Positions 11,790 to 24,956 of a stretch of 64,000 nucleotides of DNA are shown here, one piece after another. A program made the position numbers and the translations under genes. The notes under the pieces were generated by a model. That model saw nothing but the letters and a program-made list of their open reading frames with translations. It searched no databases and was not told where the DNA came from. Source of the DNA: Octopus sinensis (lineage: Eukaryota). Location: positions 9,610,001 to 9,674,000 of the forward strand of contig NC_043016.1 of NCBI RefSeq assembly GCF_006345805.1. Direction: 5' to 3'. How positions within the stretch are numbered: position 1 is the first letter of the stretch; every line of letters begins with the position of its first letter.

Positions 11790-14700
11790 TTTCAGTAGAT
11801 TATGAATGAATTATTAGCATAGTCATGAGTTCAAACTTTGTTTCACTTACAATGTTATGCTTTTGAACAATGGTCTGTAACATGGAATGTTTGAAATTTG
11901 TTTGACAGGATCTGTTTAGTGTACAGAATTTTAAAAATGCATGAAGAGTTTCCTTGTTGGCTCAATAGGAGGGCAATTGGCATGCAGTGATAGCTTTTGT
12001 CAGTGTATTTATTGGTAGTAAAAAGGGTAGGAAAGTTGGTAGTGTTGTGTAGCTTTAGAGCAGCCTTGACCAAGCAGACTAATTATCAAAGCCACTCCAG
12101 CCATAAGTGAGGGCACAATGGCCCAGTGGGTAGGGCAGCGAACTCACGGTCAGAGGATCACGGTTTCGATTCCCAGACCAGGTGTTGTGTGTGTTTATTG
12201 AGCAAAAACACCTAAAGTTCACGAGGCTCTGGCAAAGAGTGGGTGGCAACCCCTGTTGTACTCTTTCGCCCCAACTTTCTCTCACTCTCTCTTCCTGTTT
12301 CTTGAGTAATGCTGCGATGGACTGGCGTCCTGTCCAGCTAGCGGGGAACACATACACTACAGAAACCGGGCCCATGAGCCTGGCCAGGCTTGAAAAGGGT
12401 GCATAAATAAATAAAAAATAAAAACTCCAGCCATAACCATCATGTACAAAGTGTATATAAGACTACATCAGAGGTTCTCAAAATGGGCAGTAACTGCTCC
12501 CAAGAGAGTGCTGGTCATGTTAATTAGGGGTTAGAAACGGAGCAGTGAGAACATAATTAACATAGTAAATTTTACTTATATTAGTAATTACATTATAAAT
12601 GATAAAACTAATAATGGTTATTAAAATAAAGGCACAGGGGATCTATGGAGAGTCATGATGCCAGTATTGTTTCAACACATGAATTTACAGAAAGAATCTT
12701 GCAATCCAGATACAAAAATAATACAGGTAAGTCATTAACATGCAATGTATAAACTATATTTACAACTTCTGTCTCTATTAATTTCTTTTATCATTTCACT
12801 GTCAAAAGCTTATAGAACCCATTTTTATAGTAAAATTTATAAATTATCATCCATGTTAAGTTTAATCATATTACCTCACACATCACTTGGGTGGGCACTA
12901 GACATATATGCTGAGATCCCCTTCAGTCATGAATGAGCATGGGATTGTACCTGGAAAGTTACCCTCCTAGGCACAAGTCCGGGCAAGGTTGTTTATGGAA
13001 GATCAGCAGTTACTCATGCATACCGGCCTCCTCTATCCACACCACCAGTGTTATCCAAGGGAAAGGCAAAGGGTGATACAGCTTGGCACTTGTGACGTCA
13101 CAACTCATTTCTATAGCTAAGTGGACTGGAGCAACATGAAATAAAGTGTCTTGCTCAAGAACACAACATGCAGCCCGGTCCAAGATTCGAACTCACAACC
13201 TCATGATCATAAGCTCAATGCTCTAACCACTGAGCCATGCGCCTTCACTAGGCATTGGGCATAGCATCTACTCAAAAGGGCAGGGGTGCTACAAAAAAAA
13301 AAAAACAGCTAAGTACCACTGGACTGTACTCTTCATGTGCCATGCTAACAAGCATTTGCAATCATGGGCCCTGTTCGATACCAAAGTTTAGGATAATTTT
13401 TCTTCGGAATAATATGACAATGGTTTCCAATTGTCTTCTGGTGTATTTACAGTTTACTCTGCTAGTGTCTTGTTAGTTCAAGCCCACCCTTGAGGCACAG
13501 GGCCTATTTTAATCCTCAGACAGGGAAATTGATAATGTGGCATTAGAGCATGTTCACACGCCATTGCACTAGAGTGACAAATGTCTAGAGAGCAACCCTT
13601 CACTGAATCCTGTAGTCTTAGTGCAGAACCAGTTTTTGATAGTTGACCCATGACAAGGAACTTTTATACAAGTACTACAACCCTGGGCCAGTGTAGATTT
13701 GTTAGTAGCTGTAACTAAGTAACTTCATATTTTCCCAACTACTGAACTCCCAAGCTGGAGCCTCCCACTAGATACAGTTTGTAATGTCTTGTCCAGAACA
13801 TACTACTACGTCATCCAATGTATATTCTTCCTTATTTAAGATAGCTGAGAATGATCTGATTGAAATTTGGCTGCTATTTCTATGAGGTTGTACAACCATG
13901 TAAGAGTTAGAATCATTGGGTCAGTTTTACATTTGAGTGAGTCACATAAAAACTGAAATTTCCTGTACATTGACATCCCTAATTAGTTAAATACAGTAAT
14001 TTACAAGAGTCATTAAGTACAGTGAAGATAACTGATTAATTGAAACTATCTTGGAACATCTAAGTGGTTAGTAAACCTACTGAAAATAGCAGCTAAATCA
14101 CTGATTTGAAAGGAGAAAAGACATTGTTTAATACAAAGGTAAATGAAGGAATCTCAGAATCAAAAGTAATTTAGCTGATGCCAAGGTTATTTACTATAAT
14201 TTTCACAGTTTGATTACTTGCTTCCATAGATTTCATATTTCTCCAGTTGTGGTTAACAGCTGTCATAGATTTCCTATTTGGAGTGATCTACAGGGTATTG
14301 ACATCATTAGACAGACATATGTAGAAGAGGTAGACTCAGGAAGACATGGAATGAGGTGGTAAAGTATGGCCTTTGACCAATGGGCCTCACAGAGGCAATA
14401 ACAAGAGACCGAGACCTTTGGAGATATGTTGTGATTGAGAAATTTGACTGAAAACTTGTAAGCTGGGGAGCTGCCCCAGGTTCCAGTTGGATTTGGCAAG
14501 GTTTCTATGGCTTGATGCCCTTCCTAACACCAACCACTCTGAGAGTGTAGTGTGTGTATTTTTATGTGCCACTGGCACAGGTGCCATTGACCTGACACTG
14601 GCATGGGCCACGACTATGGTCTCACTTGGTTTGACAGGTCTACACAAGCATGGTAAATCGCCTGAGGCCTTGGTCACCTGTCACTGCCTCTGTGAGGCCT

Positions 14701-14972
14701 AATGCTCCAATAGTACTTTTCACATTCCACCAGTGCAAGTGCCAGTCAGACAGTACTGGCATTGGCCATTACTGTGATTTCACACAGCTTGATAGGTCTT
14801 CAGAAGCATAGCATATTGCCCAACATTTGAAGGGTGCTTTAACAGGCTAGTTATGCAGGTTTCAAATTTTGACACAAAGCCTAGAATTTTAGAGGAAGGA
14901 ATTGAATTGATTACATCTAATGCAGTGTTCAACTGGTACTTATTTTATCAAACCAGAAAGGACAAAAGGCAA

Positions 14973-15270
14973 AGAGGTATGGCAAGAGGAGCCAAATCCT
15001 GCTACCACACATATGGCTTTCCAGCAGGAGCCACCTACAGTCAGGTTTTGATCACAGTCTCCAGCAGCTTCATACAGCTGTCTGAATTGAGCATGAGACC
15101 CTGTTCAAAGGTGCAAGTTGGAATGCCAGCATGCAAATGCAGTCAGAAACACCTTCTGTGTCACTTCCTGGTGGCCATCGATTCACAGTCTTTGTTTGGC
15201 GCTCTCTATATCACATCTTACAGCCTTTAGAGTGTTCACAGGGCACTGAGGAACTGTTGTGATATCTCCT
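14973..15270 (-). mobile_element. Tc1/mariner-superfamily (maT-like) transposase remnant
   Basis: Minus strand FEQGLMLNSDSCMKLLETVIKT*L*..AGKPYVW*QDLAP-CHTS matches the PYVWQQDSAPCHTS second-Asp motif. Confidence 0.7.
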
Positions 15271-17400
15271 TTTTTTTTTTCATGGACAGCTTACCTTTTA
15301 CCTGTTTCAGTCCATAGAAAGACTCAAAATAAAGCCAAAAAATTGCCAAGTGAAAATCACAATATAGCAACAGCTTCATGTGATTGGTCAAGTCATAGAC
15401 CAATCAGCAGTCAGATATCACAACAGATAATTCTAGAAGCCCCCAGAACTATTCTCCTAACAAGGCCTATAAATAAGTGCTAATCTTTAATCTGAGCACT
15501 AATCTTTAGCACAGCTCAGATCCACATGCCCTCTTGATGTTTTTAATAGCTGTTATTGCAGCTCTTGCTAAACCTTTATATGCTTTCATAGTTGGCTGAT
15601 ACGAATCCAAAGTGTATATTCTCTCCAATCTTGGCAAGCTTAATTACAGAGCCCTTTCAATTAATTATTGTAAGAGCTATACTATATTCTTTTCTTTGTT
15701 GTTTGCAGTTAGTAATTCATGACCAACATGAAAATTACTTGTGCAGTGAAATGAAATTTTGTTAGTTGCTCAAGGGTGTTGTGCATTCATTATATGCAGC
15801 CTTGAACTACCATCATCTCATTTTTCATCCTTTGTCTATTGTGGCAGCCACTGATCTACAACACATTGAGATAAGTCATTTGATGGCCGTCATACTGGAA
15901 CACTGCCTTGAAGGGGTCAGGAAGAGGAACAAATTGACCCCAGGAGTTAGTGTTTTATTTTTAAGCCAGGTGCTTATTCTATTGGTCTTACTTTGTGGGA
16001 CCACAATTACAGAGACATAAACAAACCAACACTGTCAAATGACATGAAGGCATACATACAATGGATTTCTTTCAGGTTCTATCTACCAAATCCACTCACA
16101 TGCCTTTGGTCAGCCTAGGACTATAGTGGAAGACACTTGCCAAAAGTGGTACTCAGTAAAGCTGAACCCAGAACTTGTATGGTTGTGCAGCAAACTTCTT
16201 ATTTCTTTATTGCCCACAAGGGGCTAAACATAAGTTGATTACATCAACCCCAGTACACAACTGGTACTTAATTTATTGACCGAAAGGATGAAAGGCAAGG
16301 TCGACCTCAGCAGAATTTCAACTCAGAACATAATGGCAGACAAAATACTGCTAAGCATTTTGCCCGGGGGTGCTAACATTTCTGCCAGCTCACCGCCTTC
16401 TTACCAAACTTCTTACCACACAACCATGGCTGAGCTGGGCATGGTTACTAGACCACTAACTCTTTCATGAAAGTGTAATTGTGGCCAATGCCAGTGCTGT
16501 GTGACTGGTGCATAAAAAGCACCATTTGAACGTTGAGCCTCACAGAGGCAGTGACAGGTGACCAAGACCTTTGGCGGTATGCCATGCTTGAGAAGACCGG
16601 TCAAACCAAGCGAGATCGTACAGTGTCACGTAACTGGCACCTGTGCCAGTAGCACCTAAAAAAAATACCCACTACACTCTTGGAGTGGTTGGCATTAGGA
16701 AGGGCATCCAGCTGTAGAAACCATGCCAAATCAGACTGGAACCTGGCGCAGTTTCCCAGCTTATCAGCTGTCAAATCGTCCAACCCATGCCAACATGGAA
16801 AACAGACGTTAAATGATGATAATGATGATACCATATTTCTGTTTAAATACTCTGCTTTCATTTCAGTTTATTTTGAAAATAATGGAAGTATTTGGTAAAA
16901 TAACTCATTATTAAGGTGATGTTTGGATTGGCGGAGGTAAAAAAAAATATGCACACCATAGGCGCAGGAGTGGCTGTGTGGTAAGTAGCTTACTTACCAG
17001 CCACATGGTTCCGGCCCACTGCGTGGCATCTTGGGCAAGTGTCTTCTACTATAACCTCGGGCCGACCAAAGCCTTGTGAGTGGATTTGGTAGACGGAAAC
17101 TGAAAGAAGCCCGTCGTATATATGTATATGTATACGTATGTGTGTGTGTTTGTGTGTCTGTGTTTGTCCCCCCAACATCGCATGACAACCGATGTTGGCG
17201 TGTTTACGTCCCCGTAACTTAGCGGTTCGGTAAAACAGACCGATAGAATAAGTACTAGGCTTACAAAAAGAATAAGTCCTGAGGTCGATTTGCTCGACTA
17301 AAAGCGATGCTCCAGCACGGCCGCAGTCAAATGACTGAAACAAGTAAAAGAGTATCGGTTTTCGGCGTAATCCTAAACACCGGGTGTGCGTATTCTTTAC

Positions 17401-17470
17401 CTTCGCCGAAATGTTGATGGCAGCCTTACATTTAGATTATTTTAAAACAGAAAATTTGTTTCACGGAACT
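17401..17470 (-). other. Candidate non-coding first exon of AMDHD2
   Basis: Minus strand ...catcaacatttcggcgaag|GTAAAG donor at 17400, in unique CpG-rich DNA at the edge of the CpG-depleted block. The AMDHD2 coding exon has an acceptor, so an upstream exon must exist. The 5' boundary is a guess. Confidence 0.3.
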
Positions 17471-18125
17471 TGAGCCAGTCTTGATTGAGCAAGTTGGTTA
17501 TGAAAAGGGTTAAGGCACACTTTTATCTATCATCAACAAATAAAATCTATCTGGTTTAATTCGTAATTTCGGAAAACAGGTCGTTGGGTGAACTCTGACA
17601 CCTGTTGTCTGCTAGTACGTTCGTATTGTAATAAATAAAATAAATATGAAAGTCACACGCAAACAGATTAATCAAAAATATTAGTGCAACTAATATTTGG
17701 GGAGGTGGGGGAGGTATTTTTCGTTTCAATTGGCAATTGTCAAGTGTACAAAAGTTGCAGAAACGAAGAATTTACAAAATGCATTGTTTTCAACGCACAC
17801 ACAAACACACATACGCACACAGGTGGGGGGATAAGTTTTGTTTAGATAAACAACCGAGAAAAAACGAACGAACGAAAGTAGAACGTGTACTTTGACCAGC
17901 ACCTTCAGATTGAACAAACAAAAAACAAACAAGCGTATCAGAAAAAAAAAAAGGAAAAATATCGATCCAAAACCTAGGTAACAAACGTGTTACCGAGCAC
18001 ACAAGATATGCAGAAAAATGAGGGAGGAACTAAATTTATGAATGTGTAAATATCAAATCCGTAATACTATTTTCCTTCAAATTACGTAAGTGGAAAAGAT
18101 AGAAGAGATGTGTTTAATATCACAT

Positions 18126-18545
18126 ACCTATTTCTTTACTACCCACAAGGGGCTAAACACAGAGGGGACAAACAAGGACAGATATAGGTATTAAGTCGAT
18201 TACATCGACCTCAGTGCGTAACTGGTACTTATTTAATCGACCCCGAAAGGATGAAAGGCAAAGTCGACCTCGGCGGAATTTGAACTCACAACGTAACGGC
18301 AGACGAAATACCTATTTCTTTATTACCCACAAGGGGCTAAACACAGAGGGGACAAACAAGGACAGACATAGGTATTTAGTCGATTATATCGACCCCAGTG
18401 AGTAACTGGTACTTAATTTATCGACCCCGAAAGGATGAAAGGAAAAATCGACCCCGGCGGAATTTGAACTCAGAACGTAACGGCAGACGAAATACCGCTA
18501 AGCATTTCGCCCGGCGTGCTAACGGTTCTGCCAACTCGCCACCGT
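18126..18545 (-). mobile_element. tRNA-derived SINE family 2 (Meta-domain-like), head-to-tail dimer
   Basis: Body gtcgactttgcctttcatcctttcggggtcgataaattaagtaccag resembles the Meta/Sauria-SINE central domain; tail gtttagccccttgtgggtaataaagaaata. Other copies approx. 16201-16400-, 24130-24270-, 27700-27932+, 28550-28990- (dimer), 41875-42065+, 61815-62040-. Confidence 0.8.
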
Positions 18546-19285
18546 TATGTTAACCGTTTTTTCCTTTCCTTTTTTTCGAGAAATAAAATAAAATTTAACA
18601 CGTGTAGGCGCAGTCGTGTGGTAAACAGCTTGCTTCCTAACCGTATGGCCTTGGAGTCAGTCCCACTTACGTGGAAAGTATATTCTACTATGGCCTTGGG
18701 TAGACCAAAGCATTGTCAGTGGATTTTGGTAGACGGAAACTGAAAGAAGCCTATCATGTGTGTATGTAATATTGTGTGTGTGTGCGTGCGTTTATGTACA
18801 CACACGTCTGTGCCTGGGTTTGTCCCCCACCAACTCTTGACAACCGGTGTTGGTTTGTTTACGAATCTAACAAAGGTTCGGCAAAAGAACCGATAAAAAG
18901 ACTTCAATAAAAAGGACGACTACTGGAGTCTATGGTGTATATTTGTTCGACTAAATACTTAAAGGCGGTGCTCCAGTATGACCGCGGTCCAAAGACTGAA
19001 ACAGCTAAAAAGATAAATGATAACAGTATATTTACGAAATGTCTATCGTTTTCCGTATTCAATTGAATTTGCAATACACGGATGTCACGACAAATAAACT
19101 CGACAAACAAATACTAAACTTTGAAAGTTTTTTTCCTTAAACGTGAAGCAATTATACTTCACATTTACTTCAGACGGTCGTCGGTTATCCGTCGTAGGTC
19201 GACGTTGACTTGTTCACTTATCGCCCCTGGCAGGCTCGCATGTGGGCTGCAGGGCCGGCTCTTAATCCGCGGTATTGTAAATGGA

Positions 19286-19425
19286 GTCGACTTAGCCTCT
19301 CATCCTCTCGGGGTCGATAAATTAAGTACCAGTTGCGCATTGGGGTCGATATAATCGACTTAATCCGTTTGTCTGTCCTTGTTTGTCCCCTCTGTGTTTA
19401 GCCCCTTGTGGGTAATAAAGAAATA
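19286..19425 (+). mobile_element. 5'-truncated family-2 SINE with 15-bp TSD
   Basis: ggtattgtaaatgga at 19271-19285 and 19426-19440. Confidence 0.9.
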
Positions 19426-21766
19426 GGTATTGTAAATGGAATTTATGATTAGCAAATATGTTTGACCCCCTCCCAAAACCAAAAAAAAAAAAAAAAAAAA
19501 AAAAACGTTCCAGCCGTGGCCATCCTGTTTTTATTTTGGTGTGGGGGGAGGTTACTGTAGCTAGGGTATCATTATCCAATGTGGGATCTTTTCATCCCCA
19601 ATGTGTATTTTATTTAAGATGTTACATTGTACTTTGAAAGAGGTTTGACTGCTATTTCTAGCATATTGAGCTGAAAGCTGGAATGGACAACCTCTTCCGA
19701 GAAGCGGGTTGCATGGGACGTGTCTGTTAATCAGGCAGGCCGCATGGCTAGAAAAAAAATGTAATTTTTTGTTAGGGGTATAGTTCAGAAGCTCTCGTGG
19801 GCCGCAGATCACTTCGTTGTCTTTTAAATATCTCATGTTAGCAAAAGTACGAAAATGTCATAATCATTTGGATGTAGTATGAATACGTCACTTGAAGCGT
19901 TGACCATGTGCGAGTCTATAATAATATTCTATTTAATTTATTAATAAGTTATGAAATTGAGAGAGAGAGAGAGAGGTCTAGTACGAGAAAACTAATTATG
20001 CACTTTGTCTGCAAGGAAAATTACTTCAATTCCACTGTAGTCAGCTTTTTTGACATTTCAAGGTTGGGTCTTCCTCGAAGCAAACAAATGCACACACACA
20101 CACATACCGGTTTATTTTGGAGTGTCAGCAAGATCCAGAAAGCAAAGAGTAAACTACAACATTTAAATGGAACTAAAATTATAAATGTAAAAAAAAGGTA
20201 ACTGAAGCGTTTAGTTATCTGTTGTTATATTTGACTTGTTACAAGTCATTGGACTGCGGCTATGATGGGCCACCACCACCAAATAGCAGGCCTTTTTTTT
20301 TCTTTTTTTTTTCCTGCAGAAACCAATCGACCCCTAGTACCGTACTTATTTTCATTTATTTATTTACTTAATAGTCCGATATTTAATTCTAATCGGTCTC
20401 ATTTTGCCGAAAGGAACAATTATGGGGGGGGGACGTAAACAAACCAACACCGGTTTTCAAGCGGTGATGGGACACACGGACACACACACAAAATACATGC
20501 GACAGGCTTTTCTAAGTTTCCGTTTACCAAATCCTTCCACTCACAAGGATTTGTTGGTCGACTCGGGGGGGGGGGGGTTATAGTGGAAAACACTTGCCTA
20601 AGGGACAACACAGTGGAGGGGGGGTACTGTGCCCGAAACCAAGTGCTTTGGGAATTAAACTTCTTTGCCATAAAACCACGCCTCTTGTGCCATTATTTCG
20701 ATTCTATTTCACGTTCTCTTCTTCGTCTTGTTGCTTTATTAAAACAACATTCATCTCATAATTCGATAGCCACATAATTTTTACGCATTGAATTTATTAT
20801 ATAAATGCCATTCTTTTCATTTCAAGTACCCCACAATAGAAGGTAACAAAATATCAAAATCTATTCGGTTGGAATAGTTTTTTGATATTCGTAGACAGCG
20901 GCGTGAGAAACCTTCTTCTTTCATGCTTGCTGCTACAACAAATTTAATCTTTTTTCTTTTTCTTTGTTACTTTTTGAGGCTTATTTTCTGCTTCGGTGAT
21001 TCGTGTTCAATTCACACATATACCGCTTTAGAAAAAAAAAATGGCTTTAATAAGTGAAAATGAAAATAATGGAAGTTTTCTATTAGTAAGAATTACTGAA
21101 GCAAAAAGAAAAAAAAACTAGTTCCGTTATATCAACAAGTGTGAGAGAGAAAACCCAAGTTTTACTGCCTGCATTCCGAGTTCAATCCAGCAACAGAGTA
21201 GTTTCATTTTGCTTTTTTTTATCATTCGTTCCAGTCAGATACTTAACTCGATTTAAACTGCACCCCACCGTCCTTTCCAATCTTTATTCACACCCTCCTC
21301 ACAAGTTTCTGGGTCCTGTAGGAAACTTTGAAATCTTTTTATATATGTCCTACCGGAGAACATTACGAATTGTGAATTAAATGTGCATTCAATATCTTCA
21401 GTATTTTGTTTAAAAAAAAACACTAGTCTCTTTTCGTTGATCAGGATTTAGAGGAAATGAATAAAGCTTCTACGCAGTCGCTCGAACTGCTAGAAGTAAC
21501 AGTTAAATCTCTCCCATATTTACTCTGTCTTAATGAAAAAGCACGTCAAAGAGACTTAGTTATTACAGCTGGTCTACGGGACCTGTGGTTAAATAACAGT
21601 ATTAGAACTTAAAGGATAAAAGAGAGAAAAAAAAGGTGTTTTTTTTATCTTTTCTGTAGCAACACGAATAAAACACTCAACATTAAAGTTCGGAAGTCGA
21701 AAAGAACAAAAATATAAGAACACAGACCAAAGTTAGAAGTAAAGAAAATAATTTTTTTTTAAATGC

Positions 21767-21803
<37 letters not shown>

Positions 21804-22226
21804 AAAATTTTGAATTCAACAAAAAAAAAAGAAACTTTTTTGTTGAATTTCAAAATTTTGACAGAAAAATACAAACATATTTTTTGTGTACGTAAAAAGA
21901 AAAAAACTAACTGAAAGCTATACATTAAATACGTTCGAAACAGGTTCTTTAATTATTAAATGTTAATTAAAATAAAAAAGAAAACATGACAAAAAAACAG
22001 AGAGAGAATAAAAAACATGTGATTAATGATAAACAACCTACCAAAGCGTAAAGCGCCCTCTGACGGATAACTACCAAAACTTGTGACTGACGACTGATTA
22101 ATTGAGTGGCCAAAGGGGATAACTCTTACCTTTATAGACGCCTCCACTCATTTTATTTGTTATAAATATAAAAAAATAAATAAAATTCTTCAAAAAAAAT
22201 TTCTTCTTTACCCAACACTCATACTC

Positions 22227-22270
<44 letters not shown>

Positions 22271-22515
22271 TCTCCACTCCAACGCTATCCCTTACAATAA
22301 CATGAGTCGTGACCTTCCTGTGTTTTTTTTCTCTTTTGGGTTTTTTTTTAATTAGTTATGTAAGATTATAATTGACCAGTGACATTTCGCTTAAGATTTG
22401 CGGAAAGTTAGCTGCTTTTTCTAGGCATAGTATACCATTGTGTATGTATATGTGTGTTTGGTAGTTTTGTTGTATTACAAAAGTTTTTAATTAATCATAT
22501 TAATTTCAGTATTCG

Positions 22516-22930
22516 GGATCTTTTCGGTTTGAACGGCAGTTTTTTCTAGCGGTGTCATATGAAATTGTCACCCATAATTATTACCCTAGAATCGATCTAT
22601 TGCATTTCAATCTGTTTTAGGGTTAGGGATGGGGGGAAGGGTATCTTTTTTTTTTTCTTCAGAAATGTAAATAAACCCAATCTGTTTCTTAAACGAGCGA
22701 CATATTCATACGGCACAGAATGTTTTCGCCTCAATAGACGTCATTAATAGGTTGAAATTGCAGAAATTGAAGAAAAGAAACAACAAATATCTTACAAACT
22801 ATAGAATTTTCTCAATAAAGCCAAGAGAAAAAGATGTTTTATAAACACATTCTACCAGTATACGAAGTTTAAAAGTATTTAGTTACGTGGAAATTATTTT
22901 TTTAAACTGCCGTTCAAACCGAAAAGATCC
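22516..22930. mobile_element. Merlin-like MITE
   Basis: 27-bp perfect TIR GGATCTTTTCGGTTTGAACGGCAGTTT; 8-bp TSD agtattcg (22508-22515, 22931-22938); internal ttagggttaggg. Confidence 0.8.
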
Positions 22931-23415
22931 AGTATTCGTTGTATCTGGGGAGAGCCATTCTCTTTTAGGGCCTTATAATTTAACTCACTCACCGGTAAAA
23001 TCTCCACACATTTATTTCTTTTTCTAAAATTTTCGTTGCGTCTTGCAACCTTTTCAAAAGTCGTTGACTCAGTATTTTTTGTTTTTCTTTGGCATGAAGG
23101 TACATAAACCTAAAAAAGCAATAAGAAATGTTGGGATTTCTGCAGTGAATGTTGTCCTCTACCCTTAACTAGTTTTGGTCTCTCCATTATAAATCCGATG
23201 TTTCTGTATCTTCTTTTACTAGCTGGTGTACTCGGTAATTCCCGGGGGTAAAGATGCTCTATTGAAACCTCTGATATAAGAAAGCAATTTCGTTATAACT
23301 GCCACAAAATGTGTATTTTCCATCACGAAAAAGCACAAAAATTTGTTAGTTGGAGGAGGGAGAGATTGTTGGAGGTTGGCGAGAAAGATTGTCGGAGGTT
23401 GGTGAGAGGGGTTCT

Positions 23416-23790
23416 TTTCTTTATTGCCGATAAAGGGCCGACATAGAGGGGAACAATACAACATGCTATGGGGGGTCATGTACATCGGATGGGATTATAA
23501 ACTTTTATACAAAAATGATTATAAAAACGGATGAAACACAAATTACAAAACAAACAATAAAAGGACAATACGAGGTTACAAAAACATGTGTGCCCCGACC
23601 CCACGAGCCTTGTCTTGTCAAACAGACACCTTTTGGAAGTCCTTACAGCGTGCTCACACAGGGCCTTTCACTCCCAGCATCCGTGCTGTTAATGCGCAAG
23701 CATGCGCTGAGTTGAGGCATCTCTGGCTCTACCTGGATGGTGAACGGGTGTGCTCTCTGCTCGCTAAACGGATGTTTCCCCGCGTTACAA
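23416..23790 (-). mobile_element. Degenerate L1/Tx1-like 3' end
   Basis: Minus-strand REHTRSPSR*SQRCLNSA weakly parallels ERRVLPDSKFSERWVNCA at 38.0 kb; ends in a tail resembling 37693-37757. Confidence 0.4.
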
Positions 23791-24399
23791 GATCAGTGCT
23801 GGAGGGTTTTTAGTCAAGCAAATCAACCCTCAGGACTTGTGTTTTTAAAGCCTAGTACTTATTCTATGTGGAGGCGCATCATAATGTTAAGATTGTGGTT
23901 TCGATTCCTGGACCGGGCGACGCGTTGTGTTCTTGAGCAAAACACTTCATTTCACGTTGCTCCAGTCCACTCAGCTGGCAAAATGAGTAACGCTGCGATG
24001 GACTGGCGTCCCGTCCAGCTGGGGAACATATATGCCATAGAAACCGGGAAACCTGGCTAGGCTTTAAAAGGGCGCATTTATTTATTTTACTTATTCTATA
24101 GGCATCTTTTGCCGAACCGCTAAGTTATGATGAGCCAGACATGACTTGAGAAGGAACAAACAACAGTCGATTGCATCGACTCCAGTGTTCCAATGGTACT
24201 TATTTCATAGACTCTGGAATTTGAACTCATAACGTAAAGACGAACGAAATGCCGCAAAGCATTTTGTCCGGCATGCTAACAAAAACTATGCAAAACAACA
24301 ATAACGAGCACTCAGAGAGCGCAAACCTCTGCCAAGGCAACATCAATGTCCTCTCAACGATTAGCCGGAGATGATTTTTAAAATGAGAATACCTAAAAT

Positions 24400-24675
24400 A
24401 AACTCGACTGTTCTCACAAACGAGAATGCTAATGAGAATTAACCCGACCGCTCTCAAAAATTAAGTGAAAATATAGGAAAAATAATCCAGAATCCTTGTC
24501 CGGTACTGGATCGGTCCCAAAATTCAATCAGTTCGTGCCAGTCACGAGGCCAAGCGTCTCTGGAAGTTTCATCTGAATCCAGCCAGCGGTTCCTAAGATA
24601 TCTTGTCCACAGACAGACAAACAAACAAACACGACTGAAAACAACACCTCCGCCTTCAATAAGGCGGAGGTAATA
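24400..24675 (+). mobile_element. Helentron/HINE-like element
   Basis: aagtttcat..aatccagccagcggttcc..acagacagacaaac, then 3' hairpin acctccgcc-ttcaataa-ggcggaggt. Confidence 0.55.
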
Positions 24676-24956
24676 ATATTAAAAGAACGCGACAGCTATC
24701 GAGGGCAGCTGACCAGTGAACCGTGCAATCGGTGTAAGATTTCATAGGTAATTGGTATCGTCAAACCAGTTGATATGTCGCTTGTTGGGGAAGGAAACCA
24801 CAACAACGCTGACAATTGGGAGTTCAATAAATGCTCCTCCAAAATGCATTCTAGAGAAATCTTTCCCTATTTCCCCGCTTAACCAGAAGGCTGCTTCAAC
24901 ATGTACGCCCGAAGATCACAGTAAATAGCTTCTTCATTTTCTTTTCTCTAACCTAA

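Noticed and set aside
21804-21859. 23-bp-arm hairpin beside a poly(A) run
   Set aside because: Very AT-rich and low complexity; no supporting context.
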